A stretch of DNA of 64,000 nt from an uncultured beta proteobacterium (GCA_947084915.1 CAMTUN010000030.1:17395-81394); one strand, 5' to 3'; numbered from the stretch's first letter, positions 22,715-33,624 are shown. The notes: generated from the letters alone by a model not told the origin. Numbers and translations are program-made.

Positions 22715-22747
22715 AAAACGGGCGCCCCGGTCAAACCGGGGCGCCCG
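22715..22747 (-). terminator. Intrinsic terminator after amtB
   Basis: 13-bp perfect stem CGGGCGCCCCGGT/ACCGGGGCGCCCG followed by TTTT on the - strand. Confidence 0.75.
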
Positions 22748-22773
22748 CTCACCGACCTCAGGGAGGAGAAAGG

Positions 22774-24249
22774 TCAGTGATGGTAGGCCGACTCGCCGTG
22801 CGAGGTGATGTCCAGGCCCTCGCGCTCTTCTTCTTCCGGTACGCGCAGACCGACCAGCATATCGACGATCTTGAAGGCAAAATACGAAACCACGCCCGAC
22901 CAGACGATGGCCGTGCCCACGGCCCAGAGCTGGCTGACGATCTGGCTGCTCATGCTGAACTCGCCGACCTTGTTGGCGACATAGTCGTACACACCGGTGC
23001 CGCCCAGATCGGGCGAGACGAAGACACCGGTGAGAATGGCGCCGACGATGCCGCCTACGCCATGCACGCCAAACACGTCGAGCGCATCGTCCGCCCCGAG
23101 CATGCGCTTGAGACCATTCACGCCCCACAGACAGAGCGCGCCCGCCACCAGGCCGATGACGATGGCGCCCATCGGGCCGACGAAGCCGCAGGCCGGGGTG
23201 ATCGCCACCAAACCGGCCACCGCGCCGGAAGCCGAACCGAGCATCGAGGGTTTGCCCTTCAGCATCCATTCGACCAGCGTCCAGGACAGCGTCGCCGCGC
23301 CCGTTGCAACCAGGGTGTTGAAGAAGGCCAGCGCCGCGGTGCCCGTCGCTTCGAGGTTGGAGCCGGCGTTGAAGCCGAACCAGCCCACCCACAGGAGCGA
23401 AGCACCGATCATGGTCGTGGTCAGCGAATGCGGCGCCATCGATTCCTTGCCGTAGCCGACGCGCTTGCCGACCATGTAGGCGCCGATCAGACCAGCCACG
23501 CCGGCATTGATGTGCACCACCGTACCGCCGGCGAAGTCCAGCGCGCCTTTGCCCCACAGCCAGCCGGCCGAGGCCGTCACGGCTTCGAGCGAGGCTGCGT
23601 CGGTGATGGCGTCGGGGCCGTCCCAGTACCACACCATGTGCGCCATCGGCAGATAGGCGAGGGTGAACCAGATCACCGTGAAGAGCAGCACCGCCGAGAA
23701 CTTCATTCGCTCGGCGAAGGCGCCGACGATGAGCGCGCAAGTGATGGCGGCAAAGGTGGCCTGGAAGGCAATGAAGGTCAGTTCGGATATGACCACGCCC
23801 TTGCTGAAGGTGGCAGCCACCGAATCCACCGTGACACCCTTCAAAAACAGCTTGTCCAGGCCGCCGTAGAAGGCGCCACCCCCGCCGAAGGCCAGCGTGT
23901 AGCCGTAGAGCGCCCACAGCACGCTGATCAGCGAGAAGATGACGAACACCTGCATCAGCACCGAGAGCATGTTCTTGGAGCGGACAAGGCCGCCGTAGAA
24001 CATCGCCAGGCCGGGAATGGTCATCAGGATGACCAGCACGGTGGCCACCGTCATCCACGCCGTGTCGCCCTTATTGGGCTGGGGTGCGACTGCAGGCGCC
24101 GCTTCGGCGATCGCTGCCACCATAGCGGCCGGCGCAGCCGCCGGTGCGGTCATCGAAGCCGCCGGTGCAGCCGCCTTTTCCTCGGCCAGGGCGCTGCCGC
24201 CCAGGCCCAAACTGCAGGCCGTCAGCAGGATTGCGATGAATCGTTTCAT
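22774..24249 (-). CDS. amtB: Ammonium transporter
   Basis: FYGGLVRSKN, DFAGGTVVHINAG, WFGFNAGS, DDALDVFGVHG, GLDITSHGE. Confidence 0.98.
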   Translation of the reverse strand: MKRFIAILLTACSLGLGGSALAEEKAAAPAASMTAPAAAPAAMVAAIAEAAPAVAPQPNKGDTAWMTVATVLVILMTIPGLAMFYGGLVRSKNMLSVLMQVFVIFSLISVLWALYGYTLAFGGGGAFYGGLDKLFLKGVTVDSVAATFSKGVVISELTFIAFQATFAAITCALIVGAFAERMKFSAVLLFTVIWFTLAYLPMAHMVWYWDGPDAITDAASLEAVTASAGWLWGKGALDFAGGTVVHINAGVAGLIGAYMVGKRVGYGKESMAPHSLTTTMIGASLLWVGWFGFNAGSNLEATGTAALAFFNTLVATGAATLSWTLVEWMLKGKPSMLGSASGAVAGLVAITPACGFVGPMGAIVIGLVAGALCLWGVNGLKRMLGADDALDVFGVHGVGGIVGAILTGVFVSPDLGGTGVYDYVANKVGEFSMSSQIVSQLWAVGTAIVWSGVVSYFAFKIVDMLVGLRVPEEEEREGLDITSHGESAYHH

Positions 24250-24261
24250 GATGGCGTTCTC

Positions 24262-25450
<1,189 letters not shown>

Positions 25451-25498
25451 GGCTGGCTCCAGAACAAGGTTAAAAAGATAAGTTTGCTACCCTGTCTC

Positions 25499-25513
25499 GC
25501 ATCAACCGTGCCA
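25499..25513 (-). promoter_or_regulatory. Sigma54 (-24/-12) promoter of the torF-glnK-amtB operon
   Basis: TGGCACGGTTGATGC (GG-N10-GC); adjacent AT-rich IHF-like tract at 25520-25550. Confidence 0.8.
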
Positions 25514-25575
25514 GAACACATTTTCATTGAATAACAATGTATTGAAGTCTTTCATGGTCAGGGCAACCGAGCCCG

Positions 25576-25623
25576 CGCACCAAGTCGTCGCGTGATTTCG
25601 CCTGGCCGCACTAAGCTGGTGCA
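25576..25623. promoter_or_regulatory. NtrC enhancer sites
   Basis: GCAC-N7-GTGC at 25607-25623 (CGCACTAAGCTGGTGCA) and a weaker site at ~25576-25592, ~100 bp upstream of the sigma54 promoter. Confidence 0.7.
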
Positions 25624-25700
25624 GGGCCGATTACCTGCGGTAGCGAGTACCCGCCCTAGCATCTGGGGTACTGGCTTGGAAACACTCACTACCGAACGCC

Positions 25701-25817
25701 ATGCTGAATCCAAAAATCCTTGACGATTTCTCTGCCCGCCTGGCTGAACTCGCCGCCCTGGAAGCCCGCGTCGCTGCGCTCGAAGCCCAATCCACGCAGC
25801 AGACACCCCCGCAGTAA
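25701..25817 (+). pseudogene. ubiK: Internally deleted UbiK (YqiC) accessory factor, 38 aa
   Basis: MLNPKILDDFSARL fused directly to AELAALEARVAALEAQ; the central LDLVTREEF segment is missing; usual position divergent from glnK and upstream of comM. Confidence 0.75.
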
Positions 25818-25903
25818 CCTCAGCCTCGCAAGCTCGCCCTGCTTGACATTCAGTCCTAACGCGCACTAATATTGTTCGCATTAGTACTATATGGAACCTG
25901 CAT

Positions 25904-26359
25904 TTGTCGCGCGAACCCTTCCTGCCCATGCTGCGCGAACTGGCACGCTGCTACCAGGCCTTCGAGGCCTACTCCTCGACTCACGTGCGCAGCCTGGGCC
26001 TCACCCCCTCGCAGTTCGACATCGTCGCCACGCTCGGCAACACGCCGGGCATGAGCTTCAAGGAACTGGGCGAGAAGACCCTCATCACCAAGGGCACGCT
26101 GACCGGGGTGGTCGACCGCCTGGCAGCGCAGAAGCTGGTCCGCCGCAGAGCCTCGCCGGAGGACGGCCGCAGCATGATCGTCAGCCTGACGCCAGCCGGT
26201 GAACGCCTCTTCGAGCGCGTCTTCACCGCCCATCTCGCCCACATGCGCCTGGCCCTGGGCAGGCTCGAAGCGGCGCGGCTCGCGCAGATCGAATCCACCC
26301 TGCGCGGCCTGCGTGAAATCTTCGAAGCGACCGATGGCCGGAAGGCAGGTGCCCGATGA
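25904..26359 (+). CDS. MarR-family transcriptional regulator
   Basis: GLTPSQFDIVATL, TKGTLTGVVDRL, EDGRS; TTG start (alternative ATG at 25928). Confidence 0.9.
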   Translation: MSREPFLPMLRELARCYQAFEAYSSTHVRSLGLTPSQFDIVATLGNTPGMSFKELGEKTLITKGTLTGVVDRLAAQKLVRRRASPEDGRSMIVSLTPAGERLFERVFTAHLAHMRLALGRLEAARLAQIESTLRGLREIFEATDGRKAGAR

Positions 26360-26928
26360 TGAAAATCAGCAGACTGCCCACGACCGAGCCTGAATACACT
26401 CGCACGGCCATTGCCCTGCACTGGCTCATCGCCCTGCTCATCTTCAGCCTGTTTCCGCTCGGCCTTTACATGAGCGACCTGCCGTTTTCGCCCACCCGGC
26501 TCAAGCTCTACTCGTACCACAAGTGGCTGGGCGTCACGGTATTCCTGCTGGCCATCGCGCGACTGGCCTGGCGCATGCGACACCCGGCCCCGCCGCCGCC
26601 CGCCGGTATGCCGGCCTGGCAGCGCATCGCCGCCACCGCCACCCATCACCTGCTCTACGCGCTGCTCATCCTCGTGCCCATCTCCGGCTGGCTGATGAGT
26701 TCGGCCAAGGGCTTCCAGACCGTATACCTGGGAATAATCCCGCTGCCCGACCTGTTAACCAAGGACAAGGCGCTGGGCGATGCGCTGCTGATCGGGCATC
26801 AAGCGCTCAATTTCACGCTGGCGGCGCTGGTCGTCACACACCTGGGCGCGGCGCTGAAGCACTATTTCGTGGATCGTGACGAAGTCCTCGGCCGCATGAT
26901 TCCCTTGTTGAACAGGAAGAAAACATGA
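26356..26928 (+). CDS. Cytochrome b561 (YceJ-like)
   Basis: LHWLIA, YHKWLG, HHLLY, HLGAALKH heme His ligands. Confidence 0.92.
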   Translation: MMKISRLPTTEPEYTRTAIALHWLIALLIFSLFPLGLYMSDLPFSPTRLKLYSYHKWLGVTVFLLAIARLAWRMRHPAPPPPAGMPAWQRIAATATHHLLYALLILVPISGWLMSSAKGFQTVYLGIIPLPDLLTKDKALGDALLIGHQALNFTLAALVVTHLGAALKHYFVDRDEVLGRMIPLLNRKKT

Positions 26929-27473
26929 TCAAACGAACCCTGCTCACACTGGCACTGGGCGCCGCCGTGCTGGCCCCCGCCCTGGCCCAGCTCGATGCCG
27001 CGAAGAGCAGCGTTGTCGCCATATCGAAGCAGATGGGCGTGCCCGTCGAGGGCGCCTTCAAGCGTTTCAGCGCACAGGTCAGCTTCGACCCGGCCAAGCC
27101 GTCCGAGGGCCGTGCCAGCCTCGAAATCGACATCGCCAGCTTCGACCTCGGCGATGCGGACTTCAACCGGGAAACCGCGAAAAAGGAATGGTTCGATGCG
27201 GCGAAATTCCCCAAGGCCACCTTTGTCACCACCGCCATCAAGCCTGCCGGCGCCGGCAAGTACGAGGCCGCCGGCAAGCTCACCATCAAGGGCAGGACGC
27301 AGGACGTCGTCGCCCCGGTCAGTTTCAGGACGGAGGGCGGCCAGCAGGTCTTCGAAGGCACGCTGCCGATCCGGCGGCTGGCGTTCAACATAGGCGAAGG
27401 CGAGTGGAAGGACACGTCCACCGTCGCCGACGAAGTGCAGATCAAGTTCCGAATCGTCACGACGAAAAAATAG
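26925..27473 (+). CDS. YceI-family periplasmic polyisoprenoid-binding protein
   Basis: Signal peptide, WFDAAKFPKATF, GKLTIKG. Confidence 0.9.
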   Translation: MIKRTLLTLALGAAVLAPALAQLDAAKSSVVAISKQMGVPVEGAFKRFSAQVSFDPAKPSEGRASLEIDIASFDLGDADFNRETAKKEWFDAAKFPKATFVTTAIKPAGAGKYEAAGKLTIKGRTQDVVAPVSFRTEGGQQVFEGTLPIRRLAFNIGEGEWKDTSTVADEVQIKFRIVTTKK

Positions 27474-27515
27474 CCGCAGCAGAGCAGTCCCAACCCCTTA
27501 AGGAGATAAAACAGC

Positions 27516-28082
27516 ATGAAACTGAAAACCCTCACCGCCGTACTGGCGACACTGACTTTTGCCCCGGCCTTCGCCCAGACCTACAACGTCGAGCCGAACC
27601 ACACCTACCCGAGCTTCGAGGCCGGCCACCTCGGCATCTCGGTCTGGCGCGGCAAGTTCACCAAGACTTCGGGCAGCGTCACGCTCGACCGCGCCGCCAA
27701 GAGCGGCACGGTGGACATTACGATCGATGCCTCCTCGATCAATTTCGGCCATGCCAAGATGGAGGATCATGCCCGCAAAGGCGACTTTTTCAATGTCGAG
27801 TTCTTCCCGAAGATCACCTACAAAGGAAAGATCTCCAAGTGGAACGGCGATGCGCCCGCCGCCGTCGAGGGCGAGATGACCATGCTCGACGTCACCAAGC
27901 CGCTCAACCTGACGATCAATTCCTTCAAGTGCATCCAGCACCCGATGCTGAAGCGCGAAGTCTGTGGCGCCGACGCCTCGGGCGGCTTCAAGCGCTCCGA
28001 CTTCGGCATGAAGTACGGCCTGCCGCTGCACGGCGACGACGTCAAGGTGGCGATCCAGATCGAGGCGCTCAAGGCGGACTAA
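27516..28082 (+). CDS. YceI-family periplasmic polyisoprenoid-binding protein
   Basis: YNVEPNHT, DFFNVEFFP, KRSDFGM. Confidence 0.9.
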   Translation: MKLKTLTAVLATLTFAPAFAQTYNVEPNHTYPSFEAGHLGISVWRGKFTKTSGSVTLDRAAKSGTVDITIDASSINFGHAKMEDHARKGDFFNVEFFPKITYKGKISKWNGDAPAAVEGEMTMLDVTKPLNLTINSFKCIQHPMLKREVCGADASGGFKRSDFGMKYGLPLHGDDVKVAIQIEALKAD

Positions 28083-28173
28083 CCCTCTCCCCCAGCCCCT
28101 CTCCCGCACGCGGGAGAGGGGAGCCACACTTACTCCCTCGCCCCGCTTGCGGGGAGAGGGCCGGGGAGAGGGG
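28083..28173. repeat. REP-like inverted doublet (element B), probably also a bidirectional terminator
   Basis: CCCTCTCCCCCAGCCCCTCTCCCGCACGCGGGAGAGGGG...CCCCGCTTGCGGGGAGAGGGCCGGGGAGAGGG between convergent genes. Confidence 0.85.
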
Positions 28174-28204
28174 CAGGGGCTGTGGAGGAACCAACGACGG
28201 CCAA

Positions 28205-29104
28205 TCAATAAATCGGCCGCACCCAGTTCTGGCTGGATTTCTTCGGGCGCTTGTAGCCGGTTTCCTGCTGGCGCGGCGGCAGCTCCATCTCGATCGGGCT
28301 CAGGTCCTTGTAGGGAATCTGGCGCAATAAGTGGGAGATGCAGTTGAGGCGCGCCTTCTTCTTGTTGTCCGCATTGACGATGGACCACGGGGTTTTCCTG
28401 CCGTCAGTGTGTTTCAGCATCGCATCCTTGGCCATGGAAAACTCCACCCAGTGCTTGCGCGCCTCCAGGTCCATCGGGCTGAGCTTCCAGCGCTTGATCG
28501 GGTTGCGCATGCGCTCGGCGAAGCGCTTCTCCTGCTCCTCGTCGCTGACCGAGAACCAGTATTTGACGAGATGGATGCCGGAGCGCACCAGCATTTCCTC
28601 GAACAAGGGACAGGCGCGCAGGAACTCCTTGTACTCTTCCTCGGAGCAGAAACCCATGACCTTCTCGACGCCCGCCCGGTTGTACCAACTGCGGTCGAAC
28701 AGGACGATCTCACCGGCCGACGGCAGGTGCGGGACGTAGCGCTGGAAATACCACTGGCTGCGTTCCCGCTCGGTGGGCGTGCCGAGTGCCACAATTCTGC
28801 AAACCCGGGGGTTGAGACTTTCCGTGATGCGCTTGATGACGCCGCCCTTGCCCGCTGCATCGCGCCCCTCGAACAGAACACAGACCTTGAGTCCCTGCAC
28901 CCTGACCCATTCCTGCATCTTGAGCAGCTCGAATTGAAGTCGGGCCATCTCGTCGATGTACTTGTATTTCTTCTTCGAGCGGCTCGGCGGCTTGCTGTCG
29001 CCGATAACATGCCAGCGTTCCTCGATAGTGGTGACCTCCTTGGCATCGCGAAGGATTTCCCCCTTGGGTGCCGCTTTCTTCCTGTCTCCTGACTTGGCTT
29101 TCAT
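28205..29104 (-). CDS. ppk2: Polyphosphate kinase 2
   Basis: FEGRDAAGKGG Walker A, FDRSWYNRAGVE, WKLSPMD. Confidence 0.95.
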   Translation of the reverse strand: MKAKSGDRKKAAPKGEILRDAKEVTTIEERWHVIGDSKPPSRSKKKYKYIDEMARLQFELLKMQEWVRVQGLKVCVLFEGRDAAGKGGVIKRITESLNPRVCRIVALGTPTERERSQWYFQRYVPHLPSAGEIVLFDRSWYNRAGVEKVMGFCSEEEYKEFLRACPLFEEMLVRSGIHLVKYWFSVSDEEQEKRFAERMRNPIKRWKLSPMDLEARKHWVEFSMAKDAMLKHTDGRKTPWSIVNADNKKKARLNCISHLLRQIPYKDLSPIEMELPPRQQETGYKRPKKSSQNWVRPIY

Positions 29105-29139
29105 GGTGCCGCTCCTTTCTGTCGAGAACTTCGGGTGTT

Positions 29140-31383
29140 TCAGTATTCCTGCAGCATGGCCAGTTCGGTGTCCGCGTGGCGCAGTCGCAGCGCCAGGGTG
29201 CGGGAAATGGCCATGATCAGGTTGAAGGCGAGTTTCTTGTGGGATTCGGCGAGCTGGTTGAATTGCTCGCGCGAAAGAACATACATCTCGGTGTCGGAGT
29301 GGGCGGTGGCGTCGTTGCCGCGCGGCTGGTTGTCGAGGAAGGCCAGCCCACCGAAGAAATCGCCGCGCCCGAAACTGGCGACGTGGCGCACGCGGCCGGC
29401 GCCGATCGGCGCATAGATGTGCACCGTGCCGCAGCGGATCCAGTAGATCTCGTCGCCCGCCTGGCCGCTCATGTAAATGGTTTCGCCGGCCTTGTAGCGG
29501 CGGACTTCGATGCGCGTCTCGAGATCCTTCAGCGTCTCGTCCTTGTGCCGGGCAAAGATCTCCATTTCGGCCAGTTGCATGGGCTGCTCCGCCTGCAGGT
29601 CGGCTTCGGTCTCGGTCTCTCCGAGGATGCGGTCCTCCACCCATGCGATGGCGCTGTCCAGCTCGGGAAAGATGCGCACCGACTCGCTTTCGTCGAGCAC
29701 GCCCGTGTGCTCCAGGAACTCGCGCAGGTTGCGGCCGTTGGGCAGGTTCTCGCGCACGTTGGAGAGGATCAGCAGGGCGCCGCGCTCCAGCAGGGCTTCG
29801 CGCACCTGGTTGAGCATGTGTGCGGCGGTCACATCCACCGACTGCACGCGTTTCAAATCCAGGATGACGTAGTTGCGCGTGCTCAGCTCATGCTCGAGGT
29901 CGACATAGAGCTGCTGCGTGGTGCCGAAAAACAGGCTTCCCTGCAGCTCGACGATGACCGCCTGGTCGCCCTTCTGTTCGAGGACGCGCATTTCCGCCTC
30001 GGGCCGGTGCCAGGTCGAGGACATCTGGTTGACATAGATCTTGTGGCGCACCACCGAGCCGCCGATCTGCTCGCGCACGAAAAGCACGATGGCCATGGCG
30101 ACGCCGACCGCGGAGGCGGCGATGAGGCCGATCGTCAGCGCGACGATGACGACGACGACGACGACGGCGAAGTCGAACACCGTGGCGCGCGATTCGATGA
30201 AGCGCAACGGCTCGCGGTCGATCATGCGCACGCCGATGACGATGAGAATACCGGCCAGCGTGGCGACCGGAATCCATGCGATCAGGGTGCTCAGGATGAG
30301 CGAGGCGACCAGGGCGAAGACGCCCTCGAACACACCCGAGGCGCGCGTCTGCGCCCCGCTGCCGAGGTTGACCATCGTCGCCCCCATGGTGCCGGCGCCC
30401 GGTATGCCGCCCACCGAGGAGGAGGCGATGTTGGCCATGCCCTGGGCGATGAGTTCCCGGTTGGAGTCGTGCCGCGTGCGCGTGAGCTGGTCGAGGACGA
30501 CGCAGGTCTTTAGCGTATCGATGGACAGCAGCACTGCCAGCGTCAGGGCGCTGCCGAAGAGGGCGGCGACCTGGCCGAGCCTGAGGTCGCCGATTTCTCG
30601 CCAGCGCTCCGTGATCGAGTGGTAAAGGCCGTCCGGAGAAAGGCCGACGGGGCCGACGACCAGCGGATTGGCAGCCACGCTCCTCAGCGCCGGATCGTCC
30701 ATGGCCAGGCCGAAGTAGGCGAGCAGGCCGGCAACGATGCCGAGAATGGTGCCAGGCACCTTCTGCGTCAGGCGCGGGGCGATGACCGCCACAGCAACCG
30801 TGGCGCCACCGATGACGAGCGAGCGCCAGTCCCAGATCGTGGAATCGAGCAGCACTTCCCACCAGTGGGATCCGGCGACGACGCCGAACAGGCGCGGGAT
30901 CTGGCTGCCGATGATGATCAGGCCGACGCCCGTCAGATAGCCACTCACCACCGGGTAGGGGATGTACTTGATGAGCCGGCCGACGCCGACGAAGCCGAGC
31001 AGCATCTGCACCAGGCCGGCGATGATGCCGACCATGATCATCAGCAGGACGATGGCGCCGGGCGCGACGCCCTGGCGCATCAGTTCATAGGCAAAGGCCG
31101 CCAGCACCGCCGCCGCCGGCGCGCAGGGCGCGCTGATGAGGCGGTCGGTGCCGCCCAGGGTGGCGGCGACGAGGCCGATCACCGTGGCGCCGACGATCCC
31201 GGCGATCACGCCATACGCCGCATAGCTCGGGCCAAGGACGGAGTAGACGGTGACGCCGAAGGCGATCGAGGCCGGCAACGCCACCAGCATGGCCGCCATG
31301 CCGCCCCAATAGTCCCCGGGCGCCTGCCGGCCGCCGAAAAACTTCAGCCCTTTCCGTCTGGTCGCGTGCTTCATGACTGGCAT
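29140..31383 (-). CDS. SulP/SLC26 anion transporter with STAS and cNMP-binding domains
   Basis: GRLIKYIPYPVVSG, NRELIAQG, STAS (GSLFFG, VDVTA), cNMP (FFGGLAFLDNQPR). Confidence 0.93.
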   Translation of the reverse strand: MPVMKHATRRKGLKFFGGRQAPGDYWGGMAAMLVALPASIAFGVTVYSVLGPSYAAYGVIAGIVGATVIGLVAATLGGTDRLISAPCAPAAAVLAAFAYELMRQGVAPGAIVLLMIMVGIIAGLVQMLLGFVGVGRLIKYIPYPVVSGYLTGVGLIIIGSQIPRLFGVVAGSHWWEVLLDSTIWDWRSLVIGGATVAVAVIAPRLTQKVPGTILGIVAGLLAYFGLAMDDPALRSVAANPLVVGPVGLSPDGLYHSITERWREIGDLRLGQVAALFGSALTLAVLLSIDTLKTCVVLDQLTRTRHDSNRELIAQGMANIASSSVGGIPGAGTMGATMVNLGSGAQTRASGVFEGVFALVASLILSTLIAWIPVATLAGILIVIGVRMIDREPLRFIESRATVFDFAVVVVVVIVALTIGLIAASAVGVAMAIVLFVREQIGGSVVRHKIYVNQMSSTWHRPEAEMRVLEQKGDQAVIVELQGSLFFGTTQQLYVDLEHELSTRNYVILDLKRVQSVDVTAAHMLNQVREALLERGALLILSNVRENLPNGRNLREFLEHTGVLDESESVRIFPELDSAIAWVEDRILGETETEADLQAEQPMQLAEMEIFARHKDETLKDLETRIEVRRYKAGETIYMSGQAGDEIYWIRCGTVHIYAPIGAGRVRHVASFGRGDFFGGLAFLDNQPRGNDATAHSDTEMYVLSREQFNQLAESHKKLAFNLIMAISRTLALRLRHADTELAMLQEY

Positions 31384-31543
31384 CGCCTCTTCGTTCGTGG
31401 CATGACATGCTGCAGTGCGGCACTGCCGCCCGCCTATTGCGTCTACGGCAGATCCCGGATGACCCTTTAACGATGCCCTCGGCTACGAGTGCCCGCTCTT
31501 GGGTCTGGGGTACACTGCGCGCTTTGCCCATTCATTTCGCATC

Positions 31544-33037
31544 ATGTCGCTCGCCGTCTTGAAAAGCCGCGCCCTCGCCGGCATGGAAGCGCCGGAAGTC
31601 ACGGTCGAAGTGCACCTCGGCCGCGGCCTGCCGTCCTTCACCATCGTCGGGCTGGCCGACACCGAGGTGAAGGAGGCCCGCGAACGCGTGCGCGCCGCCA
31701 TCCAGAACGCGCGCTTCGAATTCCCCGCCAGCCGCATCACCGTGAATCTCGCGCCGGCCGACCTGCCCAAGGAATCCGGCCGCTTCGACCTGCCCATCGC
31801 CCTGGGCATCCTCGCCGCCTCGGGACAGGTCAGCGGCAAGCATCTCGCCGAGCACGAGTTCGCCGGCGAACTGTCGCTCACGGGCGAACTGCGGCCGATC
31901 CGCGGCGCGCTGGCGATGTGTCTGGCCGCACGCGGCGATGCGCGCAGCTTCGTTCTGCCCCGGGAGAGCGCGGCCGAGGCGGCGCTGGTGGGCGCGGCGA
32001 CCATCCTGCCTGCCGGTTCGCTGCTGGAGGTGTGTGCGCACCTGAACGGCCAGCAGGCGATCGCGCCATTCGCCGGCGCGCCCGCCCCTGCCTCGACCGA
32101 CTATCCCGATCTGTCCGAGGTAAAAGGGCAAGCCCAGGCCAAGCGCGCGCTGGAAGTCGCCGCGGCCGGCGGCCACAGCCTGCTCATGATCGGCCCGCCC
32201 GGCACCGGCAAGTCGATGCTCGCCGTGCGCTTTCCCGGCCTGCTGCCGCCGATGGACGACGATGAGGCCCTGGAGGCGGCGGCCATCCACTCGCTCAACG
32301 GCGGCTTCCGCATCGAGCACTGGAAACGCCGGCCCTATCAGGCGCCGCACCATACTTCCTCTGCCGCTTCTCTCGTCGGCGGCGGCTCGAACCCGCGCCC
32401 GGGCGAGATCTCGCTCGCCCACCACGGCGTGCTGTTCCTCGACGAGCTGCCCGAGTTCGAGCGGCGCGTGCTCGAGGCGTTGCGCGAGCCGCTCGAATCC
32501 GGCCACATCCGCGTCGCCCGCGCCGCTCATCGCGTCGACTTCCCGGCGCAGTTCCAGCTCGTCGCGGCGATGAACCCCTGTCCCTGCGGTTATCTCGGCG
32601 CGGCGCGCTGCCGCTGCACGCCGGACCAGGTGGCGCGCTACCGTGGAAAACTCTCGGGGCCGCTGCTCGACCGCATCGACATGACCATCGAAGTGCCGGC
32701 GCTGGCGGAAGGTGAACTGCAGGGGAAAGCGAACGGCGAATCCTCCCAGGCCGTGCGCGCGCGGGTTACGCTTGCCCGCGCAACCCAGCGCGCGCGCCAG
32801 GGCAAGCCCAACAGCCGGCTCGCCACAAAGGAAATCGACAAGCTGTGCGCGCCCGACGACGCCGGCGCGCAACTCCTCAAGCAGGCCATCGCGCGCCTCA
32901 ACCTTTCGGCGCGCGCCTATCACCGCGTGTTGAAGGTGGCGCGCAGCATCGCCGATCTCGCCGGCGCCGAACGCATTTCGAGCGCCCACATCGCCGAGGC
33001 GATTCACTACCGCCGTATCGCGGGGGCTGACTTTTAA
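31544..33037 (+). CDS. comM: ComM/YifB Mg-chelatase-like AAA+ ATPase
   Basis: ITVNLAPADLPKE, GPPGTGKS, PGEISLAHHGVLFLDE, AMNPCPCG, SARAYHR. Confidence 0.96.
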   Translation: MSLAVLKSRALAGMEAPEVTVEVHLGRGLPSFTIVGLADTEVKEARERVRAAIQNARFEFPASRITVNLAPADLPKESGRFDLPIALGILAASGQVSGKHLAEHEFAGELSLTGELRPIRGALAMCLAARGDARSFVLPRESAAEAALVGAATILPAGSLLEVCAHLNGQQAIAPFAGAPAPASTDYPDLSEVKGQAQAKRALEVAAAGGHSLLMIGPPGTGKSMLAVRFPGLLPPMDDDEALEAAAIHSLNGGFRIEHWKRRPYQAPHHTSSAASLVGGGSNPRPGEISLAHHGVLFLDELPEFERRVLEALREPLESGHIRVARAAHRVDFPAQFQLVAAMNPCPCGYLGAARCRCTPDQVARYRGKLSGPLLDRIDMTIEVPALAEGELQGKANGESSQAVRARVTLARATQRARQGKPNSRLATKEIDKLCAPDDAGAQLLKQAIARLNLSARAYHRVLKVARSIADLAGAERISSAHIAEAIHYRRIAGADF

Positions 33038-33054
33038 GCCTGCGCTGGTTCAGC

Positions 33055-33153
33055 CTGAAGGGATATTTCTCGATCACTGTCAGCGGCAACTGGCGTGTGA
33101 TTTTCCGCTTCGACGGCAAGGATGCGGAATTGGTCGATTATCTTGATTACCAC
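33055..33153 (+). pseudogene. higB: 3' remnant of HigB toxin
   Basis: LKGYFSITVSGNWRVIFRFDGKDAELVDYLDYH, no start codon; the expected stop reads CAG. Confidence 0.8.
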
Positions 33154-33172
33154 CAGGCTGAAGGAATACTGC

Positions 33173-33624
33173 ATGTCTCGTATGCACAACCCTGCGCACC
33201 CTGGCGAAGTGCTGCGTGAGTATCTGCCAGAAACCCTGGGCGTAACCGAAGCCGCCAAGCGGCTCGGGGTGACCCGCCAAGCGCTCTCCGCGCTGCTCAA
33301 TGGCCGTGCCGGTGTCAGCGCCGGAATGACGGCGCTGCGCCTGGAAGCTGCGCTCGGCGCCAGCGCCGAGATGTGGCTGGAAATGCAGGCAGGATACGAT
33401 TTATCCTAGAAAAAGCACTTGCCGCGGATTACGCGGATGAACGCGGATCAAGAACAAGACGTTATCCGGGTTGCGCCACTCACCCGCCGGGTGAGCGCCT
33501 CGCTAGCATCAACCCAATGAAAATCCGCGAATATCCGCGTTCATCCGCGGCTGAAATGAGTTTTTCAGATTTATGGCAAGCCAGGCAGCACCGCAAACCC
33601 AAAGTGACGCGGATCGCCGTTTGA
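33173..33624 (+). pseudogene. higA: HigA antitoxin interrupted by a MITE
   Basis: MSRMHNPAHPGEVLREYL...MQAGYDL | WQARQHRKPKVTRIAV* rejoins in frame when 33405-33574 is removed. Confidence 0.88.
33405..33568. mobile_element. MITE (~164 bp) with imperfect TIRs
   Basis: Flanked by direct repeat (G)ATTTAT at 33398-33404 and 33568-33574; ends CCTAGAAAAA..GCCGCGGAT..CGCGGAT / ATCCGCG..ATCCGCGGC..TTTTTCAG. Confidence 0.85.

Noticed and set aside
29044-29072. GCACCCAAGGGGGAAATCCTTCG in the ppk2 N-terminus resembles element C
   Set aside because: Too many mismatches and no terminal GGGGCGC; may be chance
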